A stretch of DNA of 64,000 bases from an uncultured Acidobacteriota bacterium (GCA_963827655.1 CAWHCF010000045.1:32001-96000); one strand, 5' to 3'; positions 1 through 9,723 are shown, counted from the stretch's first letter. Numbers and translations are program-made. Notes: generated by a model from the sequence alone, not told the origin.

Positions 1-331
1 CACTCGTTCGCGCCAAGTTTGCTACGAAGCGGTAGCCGCGCCCCGGGACAGTGACGACATAGCGATGCTCGTCGGCGCGCTCGCCCAGCGCCTTTCTGAG
101 TATCGAAACATTCTGGGTAAGGTTGGCTTCCTCGACAAAGCTGTCGGGCCAGATCGCATCCATCAGCTCACGCTTCTCGACAACGCGATTGCTGTTTTCA
201 ATGAGCACCAAGAGTGTGTCAAGGGCTTTGGGTGGGAGCGGAACAACCCTTCCCTCTTGCAGCAGAAGTCTCTTGACCGCGTCCAGTCGGAACGGCCCGA
301 ACTCGTAGAAGCTCGCCGCAGGGTCAGTCAT
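1..331 (-). CDS. OmpR/PhoB-type winged-helix (CadC-like) transcriptional regulator, N-terminal part; runs off the window edge
   Basis: Not in the ORF track. Manual translation of the minus strand from ATG 331 gives MTDPAASFYEFGPFRLDAVKRLLLQEGRVVPLPPKALDTLLVLIENSNRVVEKRELMDAIWPDSFVEEANLTQNVSILRKALGE...YVVTVPGRGYRFVA, which has the Trans_reg_C motifs (W..FVEE.NL; TVPGRGYRF). Confidence 0.93.
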   Translation of the reverse strand, partial: MTDPAASFYEFGPFRLDAVKRLLLQEGRVVPLPPKALDTLLVLIENSNRVVEKRELMDAIWPDSFVEEANLTQNVSILRKALGERADEHRYVVTVPGRGYRFVANLARTS

Positions 332-337
332 GACTCA

Positions 338-383
338 TTTAGAAATTTTTAGAAATCCTGAGGTCGATCCTTAGGACTTTTAG
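338..383 (+). promoter_or_regulatory. Tandem ~10-bp periodic TTAG boxes, putative winged-helix binding sites
   Basis: TTAG at 339, 349, TGAG at 359, TTAG at 371 and 380, between the divergent regulator and gene 555..1049; followed by a TAATTT -10-like hexamer near 398. Confidence 0.55.
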
Positions 384-554
384 GGCCGCCAAGCAGTTAA
401 TTTGCGGATCGGACTGGGTGTCACAGCCCTTAACGGGCGCGGACTATACCAGCAGCATGACTGGAAGTCAATTTAGGCGCGACCGTCTGAAGCCATTGAT
501 GAACGCACAGGCCGGGCAACTGGAGCCTGGCAGCACACTCAAAATATAGGAGAT

Positions 555-1049
555 ATGACGATGAAAGCAAGAACGAGAAGAGGCATGATGCACATAGCCG
601 TCGTGTTGATTTTTTGCATGTGCGGACTGGAAGAATCGGCGTCAGCGCAGGGGAATTGCCGTAAAGTCAAAGGTCAGGCAACTGACGTCATCAGCGGAGG
701 AATACTCACTCATGGTGGAATCCTCAACGGAACAACCCAGCTTGTCTTCACCAGTGGTTTCCAACCGACGCCCCTCCCCACCACCGTTTCCTTCACGGCT
801 GACTATACCGTCACAACCGGCAAAGGGGTTCTAAGGACCCACAGCGTGTACGTCTACGACTTTGCGCGCCTGGTAGCCGCTGCAATCTCCCAGATTGACC
901 CAGTTGCCAGTACGGGAGTCTTCGCGGGTGCAACGGGTATGCTTTACTTCAATGCCAGGTCGACGGATGGCGGTGTCACTGTCCAATCTGATATTAGCGG
1001 AGAAATCTGCCTTGCGCGTGATGGCGATTGGAAGGATGAGGATCGCTAG
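555..1049 (+). CDS. Secreted hypothetical beta-strand-rich protein (dirigent/allene oxide cyclase-like barrel suspected)
   Basis: AGGAGA RBS, signal-peptide-like N-terminus, and a STGVFAGATG motif typical of these small barrels. Confidence 0.7.
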   Translation: MTMKARTRRGMMHIAVVLIFCMCGLEESASAQGNCRKVKGQATDVISGGILTHGGILNGTTQLVFTSGFQPTPLPTTVSFTADYTVTTGKGVLRTHSVYVYDFARLVAAAISQIDPVASTGVFAGATGMLYFNARSTDGGVTVQSDISGEICLARDGDWKDEDR

Positions 1050-1163
1050 GCCCGTCGCCGTGAGAGGCGAGCGGAATCGCGCCGACCCGGACCCTAACGG
1101 TGTGAACGGGTCTGCGATGGCCCAGGTGTCCGGAGGCTCCTGCGAAAGGGAATAGACTGGGAG

Positions 1164-1797
1164 TCAGTTTTCCCGGTGGAAGACGAGAAAATGCTGTCTA
1201 TCGAGAAAATCAAAATCTCCGGACAACCGGTATCCGGCCTCTTGCATTTCTGCGACGATCACCTCACGCTCCACCCAGTGGCCCAGAATCCTTTCAAACC
1301 ACCCCTTGCCATTGAATTCGATGATGGCGACGCGTCCTCCGGGTCGCAGGTATTTCTGCGCATTGCGGAAATACGCGGCGCGGTGCTCGATGTGGTGGTA
1401 GGTGTTTGCGGTGAAGATAAGATCGACTCCGGATAACGGGAAGCAGGGGATCGTCATAGCGGCCGAGAATCGCTTCGACATTGCGGTATCCGCGTTTGAG
1501 CGCTTCTCTTGAAACATACTCCGTCATGTCGGCGTCCACGTCCACGGCGTAGACCTTTCCGCCCGTGCCCACGGCCTGCGACAGTCGGAAGGTGAAGTAG
1601 CCCCCGCCCGATCCCAGATCGGCAACTCGGCTGCCGTCGGCGATGCTCAGGAACTCGATCACCTTCTCCGGCTGCTGCCATCGGTCTCTCCCGAACCCTT
1701 CGTAAGCCAAGCGCTTGATCGTTACCCAGCCGGCGATAACACTTGCCAGAATGGCGACCAGCACCCCCAGCCACACAACTTTTTTGGTCAAGCTCAT
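1164..1797 (-). CDS. Class I SAM-dependent methyltransferase (single-base frameshift near 1434-1440)
   Basis: ORF 1294..1797 has VADLGSGGGYF and VYAVDVD; ORF 1164..1517 continues with SGVDLIFTANTYHH...LRPGGRVAIIEF. Removing one base joins them. Confidence 0.88.
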
Positions 1798-2008
1798 CGC
1801 ATACCCTGTGTTCGCCGAAGCGGATAAGTCGAAGCCTATTAAACGTCGTCGGCAGGCTCGAAGTTCCCTTGGAGGGAAGCCGGCTGGCTTCGTCTCATTC
1901 AGGCGAATGTTCTACAATAGGCGGAGTCGTAAAGCCTGTTACCGATCAGTGTTGTGCCCACGGCTTGAGGTACGGTTTAAGCCGAGCCACTTGATCGCGA
2001 ATCTGAGA

Positions 2009-2080
2009 ATGGAAAAATACGTCGCTTTTCTGCGGGCAATCAATGTTGCAGGGCACACGATTGTCAGGATGAGCGATGGC
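2009..2080 (+). pseudogene. DUF1697-family N-terminal remnant
   Basis: MEKYVAFLRAINVAGHTIVRMSD matches the DUF1697 start motif (Y.A.LRGINVGG...M); similarity ends at a repeat at 2081. Confidence 0.7.
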
Positions 2081-2103
2081 GTTTCTTCGAGTCTTAGTGG
2101 TTG
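2081..2103 (-). repeat. ACCAC.AAGAC.C.AAG-type repeat, partial copy
   Basis: gtttcttcgagtcttagtggtt resembles the copies at 8537, 15709 and 18385. Confidence 0.55.
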
Positions 2104-2129
2104 GTTTTGTTCCTCCGCGCTAGCCGGCG

Positions 2130-3560
2130 TTACTCTCTTGCCGCCGGCTCGCTGCTGCTCGTCGCAACCGGTTCCAGCGGCTTCCTTTCGACAGAATACT
2201 CAACAAAGGCGGAGAGCATCTCATCATAGCTTGGCTCGCCAAATCGCACGGATCTCGTTGGATCAGGATTGTATTTATTCTTTGCAGAGTTGTCGAAGTA
2301 GCCGGTTACCAAAAACCTGGTTCCCTTGGGAATCGCAAGCGGCTGCTTGAGGTAGTAAACAGTCTGCCACGAAAAGCTGTAGTTGGGCACGTCGAGCAGG
2401 ATTTCATCGCGGCCGTCCGGGTAAAAGGCCTTGATCTCCATTGCTTTGCCGCGCAGGTGCATATGGGGCATGAGATTGACCAGACGAATATCCTCTTGAG
2501 TCGTCCAGCAGGCCGTGGACTTGTGGTTCGGCGCTCCCGGCGGAATCTTGAAGTATCGATTCACAATCGGATGCGTGATGATTTGCCTTTCCGGAGGCTG
2601 CTTGGCGAAAAGGAGACCGACCATTGACCGATCCTTCTGCACCGAGCCTGCAGCCTTGGAGTAGTGGACCTGGAAGATAATTCTGGAACCGGCTGGAATC
2701 TTCTTTGCCGTCCCGGGTTCCCAGGTTGCGGCATTCATCCCCGGAGCGAAGCCGCACAACACCATACCCAGCTCCTGAAATACTCCTTCGCTGGCGTCGC
2801 TCGGAATTTGACAACCGTCATCGTGGACCGGCACCTCGGGTTTCATGCGCATCAGGAAACCGTCGCGGTAGAAGACCGATTCTCTCTCCATCTTTTCGCG
2901 CACCTTCTCGATCTCCTCCTTCGTCATGCGGTTTTGCGCCGGACGATCCTTCCGCGGCGGTTGAACAAACGCGAGGATGTGATGGACGATCTTGCGATTG
3001 CCGGGACGCGCCTCGGCCATCTGCACATACCTGTCTTCCGCGAAATTGGTCTCAACCTCGAAGTAGTGATATTCGTCCGGTCCGGAGGCGGCGAGCGTAA
3101 ACTCTTCCGGCATCTGGATAACCAGGTCGGGTTTGCCGATGCGCCAGCCCTCGACGAACTCCGGCGCCGGGGGCAGATCGGCGGGATTGCCTTCTTTCGC
3201 GCCGCCGTCAACCCAGGCGACTATTGTGTCGATCTCTGCCTGGGTCAGGCGGCGGTCGTTCTTGAACTCGCCGTAACGGGGATCGGCGTGCCAGGGTGGC
3301 ATCTCGCGCGAAACGACCTTCTCTCGAATGGACTTGGCCCACGGGCGCGCATCCCCGTAACTCAGGATCGACATCGGCGCTGCCTCGCCGGGTCGATGGC
3401 AGGTCGCGCATTTCTCGAAGAAGATCGGCGCAACGTCTTTCGTGAAAGTGACGTGCGGACGCGAGGGTTTGGTTTCATTGGTCGGGCCCGCGGGCAGACC
3501 GAATGACGCGGCTAACGTCAGGAGTGGCAATGCGATGAGGGTAAGGAATGTTCTACTCAT
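2130..3560 (-). CDS. Secreted heme c / copper type II ascorbate-dependent monooxygenase-like protein
   Basis: Signal peptide, CATCH heme motif with MPPW; KIVHH (CuH-like), PHMHLRG and YDEM (CuM-like) motifs. Confidence 0.8.
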   Translation of the reverse strand: MSRTFLTLIALPLLTLAASFGLPAGPTNETKPSRPHVTFTKDVAPIFFEKCATCHRPGEAAPMSILSYGDARPWAKSIREKVVSREMPPWHADPRYGEFKNDRRLTQAEIDTIVAWVDGGAKEGNPADLPPAPEFVEGWRIGKPDLVIQMPEEFTLAASGPDEYHYFEVETNFAEDRYVQMAEARPGNRKIVHHILAFVQPPRKDRPAQNRMTKEEIEKVREKMERESVFYRDGFLMRMKPEVPVHDDGCQIPSDASEGVFQELGMVLCGFAPGMNAATWEPGTAKKIPAGSRIIFQVHYSKAAGSVQKDRSMVGLLFAKQPPERQIITHPIVNRYFKIPPGAPNHKSTACWTTQEDIRLVNLMPHMHLRGKAMEIKAFYPDGRDEILLDVPNYSFSWQTVYYLKQPLAIPKGTRFLVTGYFDNSAKNKYNPDPTRSVRFGEPSYDEMLSAFVEYSVERKPLEPVATSSSEPAARE

Positions 3561-3682
3561 AACTGCGCATCCTCATAAAAGTTCGATTCAATGACCAGTG
3601 GCCCCGAGCGCCATGCGCCCCGTTCCGCAGGACCGGGTTGTCCCCATCCCGTAGGCAGGATACTTATGTCGGCGGACACAGT

Positions 3683-3721
3683 CATAAGACTCTGGTAAGA
3701 TTTCGGTTAGTTTTCGGTAAA
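3683..3721 (-). promoter_or_regulatory. Four 11-bp periodic boxes upstream of gene 2130..3560
   Basis: TAAG 3685, TAAG 3696, TTAG 3707, TAAA 3718 (exact 11-bp spacing); TATCCT -10-like hexamer on the minus strand near 3657-3662. Confidence 0.6.
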
Positions 3722-3907
3722 GCATGACGAAATTCGGCCAGCATAGGGTATCCACTGTGACCTGATATCCTTTGAACACAGCGAATCGTGATCCTGGGCA
3801 CAATTTCGTTACAGCTCAACAGCGAGCGAGTCGATTCAACGTGGCCAAATTGATTATCCTCGCCCGGGCTTCCCAGAATCTTCCCGCTTAAGTCCTGGGC
3901 TGGCGCC

Positions 3908-3957
3908 CTTGGAGTGCGGTAGCTTGCTGCGCCTTTGCGACCACGGCACATCCAAAG
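3908..3957 (+). repeat. TTGGAGTGCG-type REP-like palindromic element (degenerate)
   Basis: ttggagtgcggtagcttgctgcgccttt...tccaaag; related copies at 14497-14548 and 19612-19940. Confidence 0.6.
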
Positions 3958-4052
3958 AGAGCCGCCCGGAACAGGTCGCCGTATCCGTGAAACTGTGTGC
4001 TTAGTTACTGATTTTGCTTTCCTTCGGGTCCCGGCTCGTCGTTCGATTCCTG

Positions 4053-4080
4053 TTGACAGCGCTTTTGAGGGATATATATT
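4053..4080 (+). promoter_or_regulatory. Sigma70-like promoter of the TonB receptor with an overlapping LacI-like AGCGCT core
   Basis: TTGACA (4053-4058), 16 bp, TATATT (4075-4080); gacAGCGCTttt overlaps the -35; AGGAGG RBS before ATG 4105. Confidence 0.5.
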
Positions 4081-4104
4081 CGTCCCAATCTCCCAGGAGG
4101 CCCT

Positions 4105-7100
4105 ATGAATCCCCGTAATGCTTGGACCGTTCGTTCCCTCTTCTTGATGGCAAGTCTCTGGTTTCCGATCGTGGTAGTTGCTCAAACCACCGGAGTTCTG
4201 ACCGGCACGGTCACCGACACATCGGATGCGGTGATTGCCGCCGCCACCGTGACTGTCCGAAACGTCCGCACCGGCGAAGAGCGGGTCGCGATCACCAATG
4301 ACAGCGGCCAGTACGTGGTCAACGCGCTGCCGGTCGGCGAGTATGAGGTCGAGGTCAGCGCCGACGGTTTCAAGAAGATCAAGCGCGGTGGAATTCAACT
4401 CAACGTGGCCGACCGGACCGCGATCAATCTGCGCCTGGAGGTTGGAGGAATTACAGAGACGGTCTCGGTTGAGGCGGTCGCGCCCGTAGTCGACACCGAG
4501 AAGGGTGATCTCAGTTACCTGGTCAATACGAAGCAGATGACCGACCTGGCCGTCAACGGGCGCACGTTTACACTATTGCAGCAACTGGCTCCAGGCGCTT
4601 CGAGGCAGGTCGGAGACGAAGGGGGCGTCGGTTTCTCCAGCAACAAGGGGTTCGCTATCAACGGCCAGCGCGCGGACTATAGCGGCCTGCTCCTGGATGG
4701 CGTCGAGAACACCGATATGGGAAACCAGTCGGGACTTTTTGTCTCTCCCGGGATGGAAACCATCGCCGAATTCAAGATGCAGACCAGCAACTACTCGGCC
4801 GAGTACGGCACCGCGGGAGGCGCCAATATTCTGGTCGTGACCCGCTCCGGGACGCGCGACTTCCACGGCGCCGCCTATGAGTTTTTGCGCAATGACGTGC
4901 TCGACGCGAGGAACTTTTTCGCGCGCTCGAAGCCCACGCTGCGCTACAACAACTTCGGGTACCGCATTGGAGGGCCGGTCATGATACCCGGCTGGTACAA
5001 CCAGAACCGGGACAAGACGTTCTTCTTTTTTGCTCAGGAGTGGCGGCGCCGACGCACCCAGCAGATCATCCGCGCGGCGACGCCGACAACCGCCATGCGC
5101 GCCGGCGATTTTTCGGCCGAGGCCGCCCGGATCGGCCGGCCGATTGTCGACCCCGACACCAAAGCGCCTCTGGCGAACAACCAGATCCCGGCGGCGAGCC
5201 TGAACCGGAACGCGCAGCTCCTGCTCGGTCAGGTATTTCCGCTTCCCAACGGCACCGAGTTTCTGAACTACGAGCAGAACGCCGGAATCAAGGAGAACTG
5301 GCGTCAGGAAACGATCAATGTTACCCATGAATTTACCACCAACACCCAGCTGATGGTCCGCTATATTCAGGAGAGCTGGACCCAGGGTCTGCCGACGCTG
5401 CTTTTCAGCACCGCCCAGGCCTTTCCCACCATCGGAACCGATGTCTTCCTTCCCTCGAAAAGCTTCGTCACCAAGCTGACCAACATCGTGAATCCGACGC
5501 TGCTCAATGAATTCTCTTTCGCCTACGGAAGCAACTACGGGCCCAAAGAGAAGAGGGCCGTTACGCTGCGCGGCGCTTACCTGGAACCCCAAGGCTTCAA
5601 TATTACGAGATTGTTCCCGCGGGTCGAAGGTCTCCCGAACAAGATTCCCAACCTCACTTTCACCGGCGGTTGGGGTGGGATCAACTCGAGCTATTACCCG
5701 TGGTGGGCGCACCACAACATCATGACCTTCACCGATATGCTGTCGAAGACTTCGGGGAGGCATTCTTTCAAGTTCGGCGGCACCTATCAGTTTTCGAAGA
5801 CGCCGGTCGAATCCCAGGTCGGAAACGCTTATCAGGGTGGATTCACTTTCGACGGGAGTATCACGAACCACCCGATCGCAGACTTCATGTTCGGCCGCGG
5901 CGCCAGCTATCAGGAGCTGGATAAACTCCTGGCGCCAAGCTACGACTATCCTCAGCTCGAGCTGTTTGCGCAGGATACCTGGAAGGTCTCTTCGCGGCTC
6001 ACGCTCAATCTCGGCCTGCGCTACTTCTGGGTTCCTCATCTGCACGAAGCGAATGATCTCATCAGCAACTTCGTCCCCGCGCGCTACGATCCTGCCAAAG
6101 CCGTTCGGGTGCTCCCGGACGGCACAATCGAGAGAGGAGGGGGCGATCTCCTGAACGGCATCGTCAGTGTTTCAGACGGCCTTTCGCGCAGCCTGGTGGA
6201 GAACTATCCCTGGAAATTCGCTCCCCGTTTTGGCTTTGCCTGGGATCCGACCGGGAGCGGCAAGACCTCCGTGCGCGCGGGCTACGGTGTCGGGTTTTTC
6301 AGGGTTGAGGGGAACGATACCTACCGGATGGTCGGAAATCCACCGCGTTCAAAGCTCGTGACCGTCTTCAATCCCCCGTTCGACAACCCGGGCGCCGGCT
6401 CGGCTGCGGCCGACCGGCCGCTCGCCGTCAACTCGTTGGACCAGCTCTTCGATGTCCCCATGATTCAGACCTACAGCCTGGGCGTCGAGCGGGAGCTGAC
6501 TCCCGGCACCGCCTTGTCCGTCTCCTACGTCGGGAGCCGGGGGACTCACCTCGAGCGCGCGCGTGACATCAATCAGCCCTTTCCCATCAGCGGATTCGAT
6601 TTCGATCCGCGGCTCAATACGCGCGCGATACCGACCGAACAGATCCGGCCCTACCAGGGGTTTGCCGGGATCAGCCAGACCGAAACCACAGCGTCCTCGA
6701 CCTACCATGCGCTGCAGGCTACGTTCCAGCGCAGAATGTCAAAGGGACTGCTGTTTGAGAGCTCCTATACCTGGTCGCGCGCAATCGCCGACGCCAGCGG
6801 TTTCGGTGAGAGCCCGCAGAACGCCTACAATCTGAGCGCGGAACGGGGCGCCGCGGGCTTCGATCGCACCCACATGCTGATACTCAACTACATCTACGAG
6901 ATCCCCTTCATGCGAAACGCCTCGGGATTGACGCGTGCCGTGCTCGGGGGCTGGCAGATTTCCGGTGTCACCCAGTTTCAAGGCGGCGTGCCTCTGAATG
7001 TCTCGATGACCGGGACCAGTCTGGGTCTGGCCAACCGGCCCAATCGAAAAGCCGGCGTAGAGGTCGAAGGACCGAAGACCGTGCAGCAGTGGTTTGACAC

Positions 7101-7374
7101 GACAGCCTTCGAAGCGCCGGCGTTCGGTTTCTTCGGCAACGCCGGACGGAACATTCTGAGAGGGCCGGGCATTCACAGCTGGGATCTGTCCCTCTTCAAG
7201 AACTTCGCGCTCGGCGAACGAGCTAACTTCCAGTTTCGCGCCGAGGCCTTCAATGCTTTCAACCATACCAACTTCGACGCCGTGAGCACGACCTTCGGTT
7301 CCGGCAACTTCGGCCAGGTTACGACCGCCAGGACGGCTCGAGTCGTGCAGTTCGGCTTGAAAGCTGAGTTCTGA
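4105..7374 (+). CDS. TonB-dependent receptor (Oar-like, N-terminal carboxypeptidase-regulatory-like domain)
   Basis: Signal peptide, GTVTDTSDAVI, SNYSAEYG, TRSGT..FHG..YEFLRN, and C-terminal RVVQFGLKAEF. Confidence 0.95.
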   Translation: MNPRNAWTVRSLFLMASLWFPIVVVAQTTGVLTGTVTDTSDAVIAAATVTVRNVRTGEERVAITNDSGQYVVNALPVGEYEVEVSADGFKKIKRGGIQLNVADRTAINLRLEVGGITETVSVEAVAPVVDTEKGDLSYLVNTKQMTDLAVNGRTFTLLQQLAPGASRQVGDEGGVGFSSNKGFAINGQRADYSGLLLDGVENTDMGNQSGLFVSPGMETIAEFKMQTSNYSAEYGTAGGANILVVTRSGTRDFHGAAYEFLRNDVLDARNFFARSKPTLRYNNFGYRIGGPVMIPGWYNQNRDKTFFFFAQEWRRRRTQQIIRAATPTTAMRAGDFSAEAARIGRPIVDPDTKAPLANNQIPAASLNRNAQLLLGQVFPLPNGTEFLNYEQNAGIKENWRQETINVTHEFTTNTQLMVRYIQESWTQGLPTLLFSTAQAFPTIGTDVFLPSKSFVTKLTNIVNPTLLNEFSFAYGSNYGPKEKRAVTLRGAYLEPQGFNITRLFPRVEGLPNKIPNLTFTGGWGGINSSYYPWWAHHNIMTFTDMLSKTSGRHSFKFGGTYQFSKTPVESQVGNAYQGGFTFDGSITNHPIADFMFGRGASYQELDKLLAPSYDYPQLELFAQDTWKVSSRLTLNLGLRYFWVPHLHEANDLISNFVPARYDPAKAVRVLPDGTIERGGGDLLNGIVSVSDGLSRSLVENYPWKFAPRFGFAWDPTGSGKTSVRAGYGVGFFRVEGNDTYRMVGNPPRSKLVTVFNPPFDNPGAGSAAADRPLAVNSLDQLFDVPMIQTYSLGVERELTPGTALSVSYVGSRGTHLERARDINQPFPISGFDFDPRLNTRAIPTEQIRPYQGFAGISQTETTASSTYHALQATFQRRMSKGLLFESSYTWSRAIADASGFGESPQNAYNLSAERGAAGFDRTHMLILNYIYEIPFMRNASGLTRAVLGGWQISGVTQFQGGVPLNVSMTGTSLGLANRPNRKAGVEVEGPKTVQQWFDTTAFEAPAFGFFGNAGRNILRGPGIHSWDLSLFKNFALGERANFQFRAEAFNAFNHTNFDAVSTTFGSGNFGQVTTARTARVVQFGLKAEF

Positions 7375-8526
7375 GTGCGTGCGCCGGGAACCTGGATAAA
7401 ACTGAGCATTTACGCGCTGGTCTTCTGCTTCGCATTGTCCGGCGATCTTGCCGCCTTCGCCGACTCCGACTTTGACAAGGCACGCCGGCTTCAGGAGCTG
7501 GGGCGCTATTCCGAAGCAGAGCGGCTCTATCGCGCAGTCCTCGCTGTCGATCCTGACTCGGTTCCCGCGCTTACGAACCTCGGCGTCGTTCTATCCCGGC
7601 AGGGGAAACATTCGGATGCGATCGCCGCCTACCAGCGGGTGCTTCGGCTCGATCCGGCCCTTGCGGAGGTAAAGCTCAATCTCGCGCTCGCTTATTATCA
7701 CTCGTCGCAGTGGGACAATGCCGTGCGCCAGCTTCGTTCGGTTCTCCTGAAATCGCCGGCTGACCTCAGGGCCCTGCAGCTGATGGCGGTCTGTCTGCTC
7801 GAGCTCGAACGCTTTGAAGACGCTGCGCGCGCCTACGAGAAACTGCTCCCGAGCGATGACGTATCGATTCTGGTTGGGGCCGCCACGGCATATTTAAAGA
7901 CGGGGCGCCGCGAAGAGGGAGAAGCGCTTCTTGCGCGCGTGCTGTCCGAACGCGGCGGCAGCGCGGAAGTTCACTTCATGGTGGGCCAGGCGCAGTTGTC
8001 GCTTCACGAGTATGCTGCCGCCGAGCAGTCGTTCCGGCGGATGCTGGAGCTCGCGCCCGGGCAACGCGAAGGCCGCTTCTATCTGGGAGGCGCGTATCTG
8101 AAGCAAGGAAAAGAGGACGCAGCCCTGACGGAGTGGCGCAAGGCCGCCGAAGACGAACCGCGCTACTTTCCCGCGATATTTGCCGTCGGTGCTGTTCTGG
8201 CAGGTCGGGGCGAGTACAGCGAGGCTCGCCAGTGGCTGGCCAGAGCCGTGACCCTCGATCCCGACCATGCCTTTACGCGCTTCGAGCTGGGGAGAATCGC
8301 GTATCGCGAGCGGAACTACGCCGAAGCGGAGAAAGAACTTCGCGCAGCAACCAAGCTGGCTCCTGAGCTGAGGGAAGCCTCTTACCTCCTCGCCAGCACG
8401 TATCGACAGCTGGGGAAAACCCAGGAGGCGCAGCGGGAGGCGGCCCGGGGGGAACGTTTGTACCGGCAAACGCTTCAGAAGGATATCGACCTTCTCAAGC
8501 AAGCCGTCGGCGGCGCCAGGCGCTGA
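7375..8526 (+). CDS. Secreted tetratricopeptide repeat protein
   Basis: GTG start directly after the receptor stop; signal peptide and many TPR units (NLG.....G...A...Y). Confidence 0.9.
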   Translation: MRAPGTWIKLSIYALVFCFALSGDLAAFADSDFDKARRLQELGRYSEAERLYRAVLAVDPDSVPALTNLGVVLSRQGKHSDAIAAYQRVLRLDPALAEVKLNLALAYYHSSQWDNAVRQLRSVLLKSPADLRALQLMAVCLLELERFEDAARAYEKLLPSDDVSILVGAATAYLKTGRREEGEALLARVLSERGGSAEVHFMVGQAQLSLHEYAAAEQSFRRMLELAPGQREGRFYLGGAYLKQGKEDAALTEWRKAAEDEPRYFPAIFAVGAVLAGRGEYSEARQWLARAVTLDPDHAFTRFELGRIAYRERNYAEAEKELRAATKLAPELREASYLLASTYRQLGKTQEAQREAARGERLYRQTLQKDIDLLKQAVGGARR

Positions 8527-8536
8527 CGTTCTCAGT

Positions 8537-8566
8537 GTTTCTTGATTTCTTCGCGTCTTGGTGGCG
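8537..8566 (-). repeat. ACCAC/GCCAC.AAGAC.C.AAG-type repeat, partial copy
   Basis: gtttcttgatttcttcgcgtcttggtggc lies between the convergent TPR and TIR genes. Confidence 0.5.
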
Positions 8567-8576
8567 TAGATGAAGG

Positions 8577-9404
8577 TTATTGCAACTTCTGCCAGACGAC
8601 TTGCTCACCCGCATTGCTGGTTCCGGAAAGCTGGTTAGGCAATACCTGCTGAATCTGGATCATGACCACGTACGGTAGAAACATGAAGCCGTTGGTTTCC
8701 TGTCCCTGCATTACGATCTGATTCATCGGCGTGATCTGCCATTGCCCCTGAACAGCGGTCATCCCGGTGGGTTTCATCAACTGGCCCTGGAAGACACCCG
8801 CCGGGTTCAGCTCGACAGTCATGGTTCCCATGATGCCCAACGGAGTCATGATCTGCACCTGCCAGGTGCCCGGAAGAATCTGGGCCAAAGACGCCGCTGC
8901 CGGGACCTGGAAGGGGGTTGCGGCCTGGGACGCGGGATTCATCCCGGGAAATTGCGCCGGCGTCGGTTGCTTGCTGGGCGCACTGGCGGGCCGTTGACGA
9001 GGTTTCGAACCCGCCTTTTCCCCCAAAGCCCTGAAAAGCTGGTCCATAGCCTCCTCGTGGGAGTTCTCCACGAAATCGATCCATTGCAAGCCCGCCAGCT
9101 GCAGGTTCAACTCATGCGGGATATCGCATTGCTGGTACCGGATCGGGATGATCTTCCGTCCCTGTTCATCAGCGAGCGACACCTCCTGAGTGACCTTGCG
9201 CGAATCGACAGAATTGGGGGAAAGAACGAGCATGAAGAAGCTGCACTCGCTGATTGCCTGGCTGATGGCGGCACGCCACTCCTTTCCGCCCCCGATGTCC
9301 TTTCGGTCCACCCACACGTCGAACCCGTGGTTCTCTACCTGCCCGATGAGCTCATCCACGAACTCCCGATCCATGCGCGAATAACTGATGAAGATCTGGC
9401 TCAT
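8577..9404 (-). CDS. TIR_2 domain protein with a Pro/Ala/Gln linker and C-terminal all-beta domain
   Basis: IFISYSR.D, VWVD, LVLSPNS..S..V..EV, and LQWIDF motifs; GAGG RBS. Confidence 0.92.
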   Translation of the reverse strand: MSQIFISYSRMDREFVDELIGQVENHGFDVWVDRKDIGGGKEWRAAISQAISECSFFMLVLSPNSVDSRKVTQEVSLADEQGRKIIPIRYQQCDIPHELNLQLAGLQWIDFVENSHEEAMDQLFRALGEKAGSKPRQRPASAPSKQPTPAQFPGMNPASQAATPFQVPAAASLAQILPGTWQVQIMTPLGIMGTMTVELNPAGVFQGQLMKPTGMTAVQGQWQITPMNQIVMQGQETNGFMFLPYVVMIQIQQVLPNQLSGTSNAGEQVVWQKLQ

Positions 9405-9723
9405 GACCCTACCTCAAACGGTGGATTCTATCCTGGCCGCACGGCGCCCGTTTCCTCCCCGCGCGCGCCTGCGACGGCCACGTCGCGGAGCAAACAATTC
9501 ACCATCAGATAGTGATCCAGGCGATCGTTCAGTTACATCTCACGACGCGAACAGCCTGCTATGTCGACGGAAGAATGAGTGCGGCTCCCTTTCTGGCATA
9601 GGCCGCGGGCTGACTTTACCCGGTTACCTTCACGACGACAAGCGTCATCTCGTGTTGCGACGCGTCCCGAAGGGCCGGCGCGCCTCGGCCGTAAGAGAGT
9701 GTCGCAAAAACCTGCCAATACAT

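Noticed and set aside
65-352. 95-aa plus-strand ORF
   Set aside because: Antisense shadow of the winged-helix gene on the minus strand.
4036-4052. GTTCGATTCC T-loop-like motif (similar at ~3580)
   Set aside because: No T-stem pairing or cloverleaf; not a tRNA.
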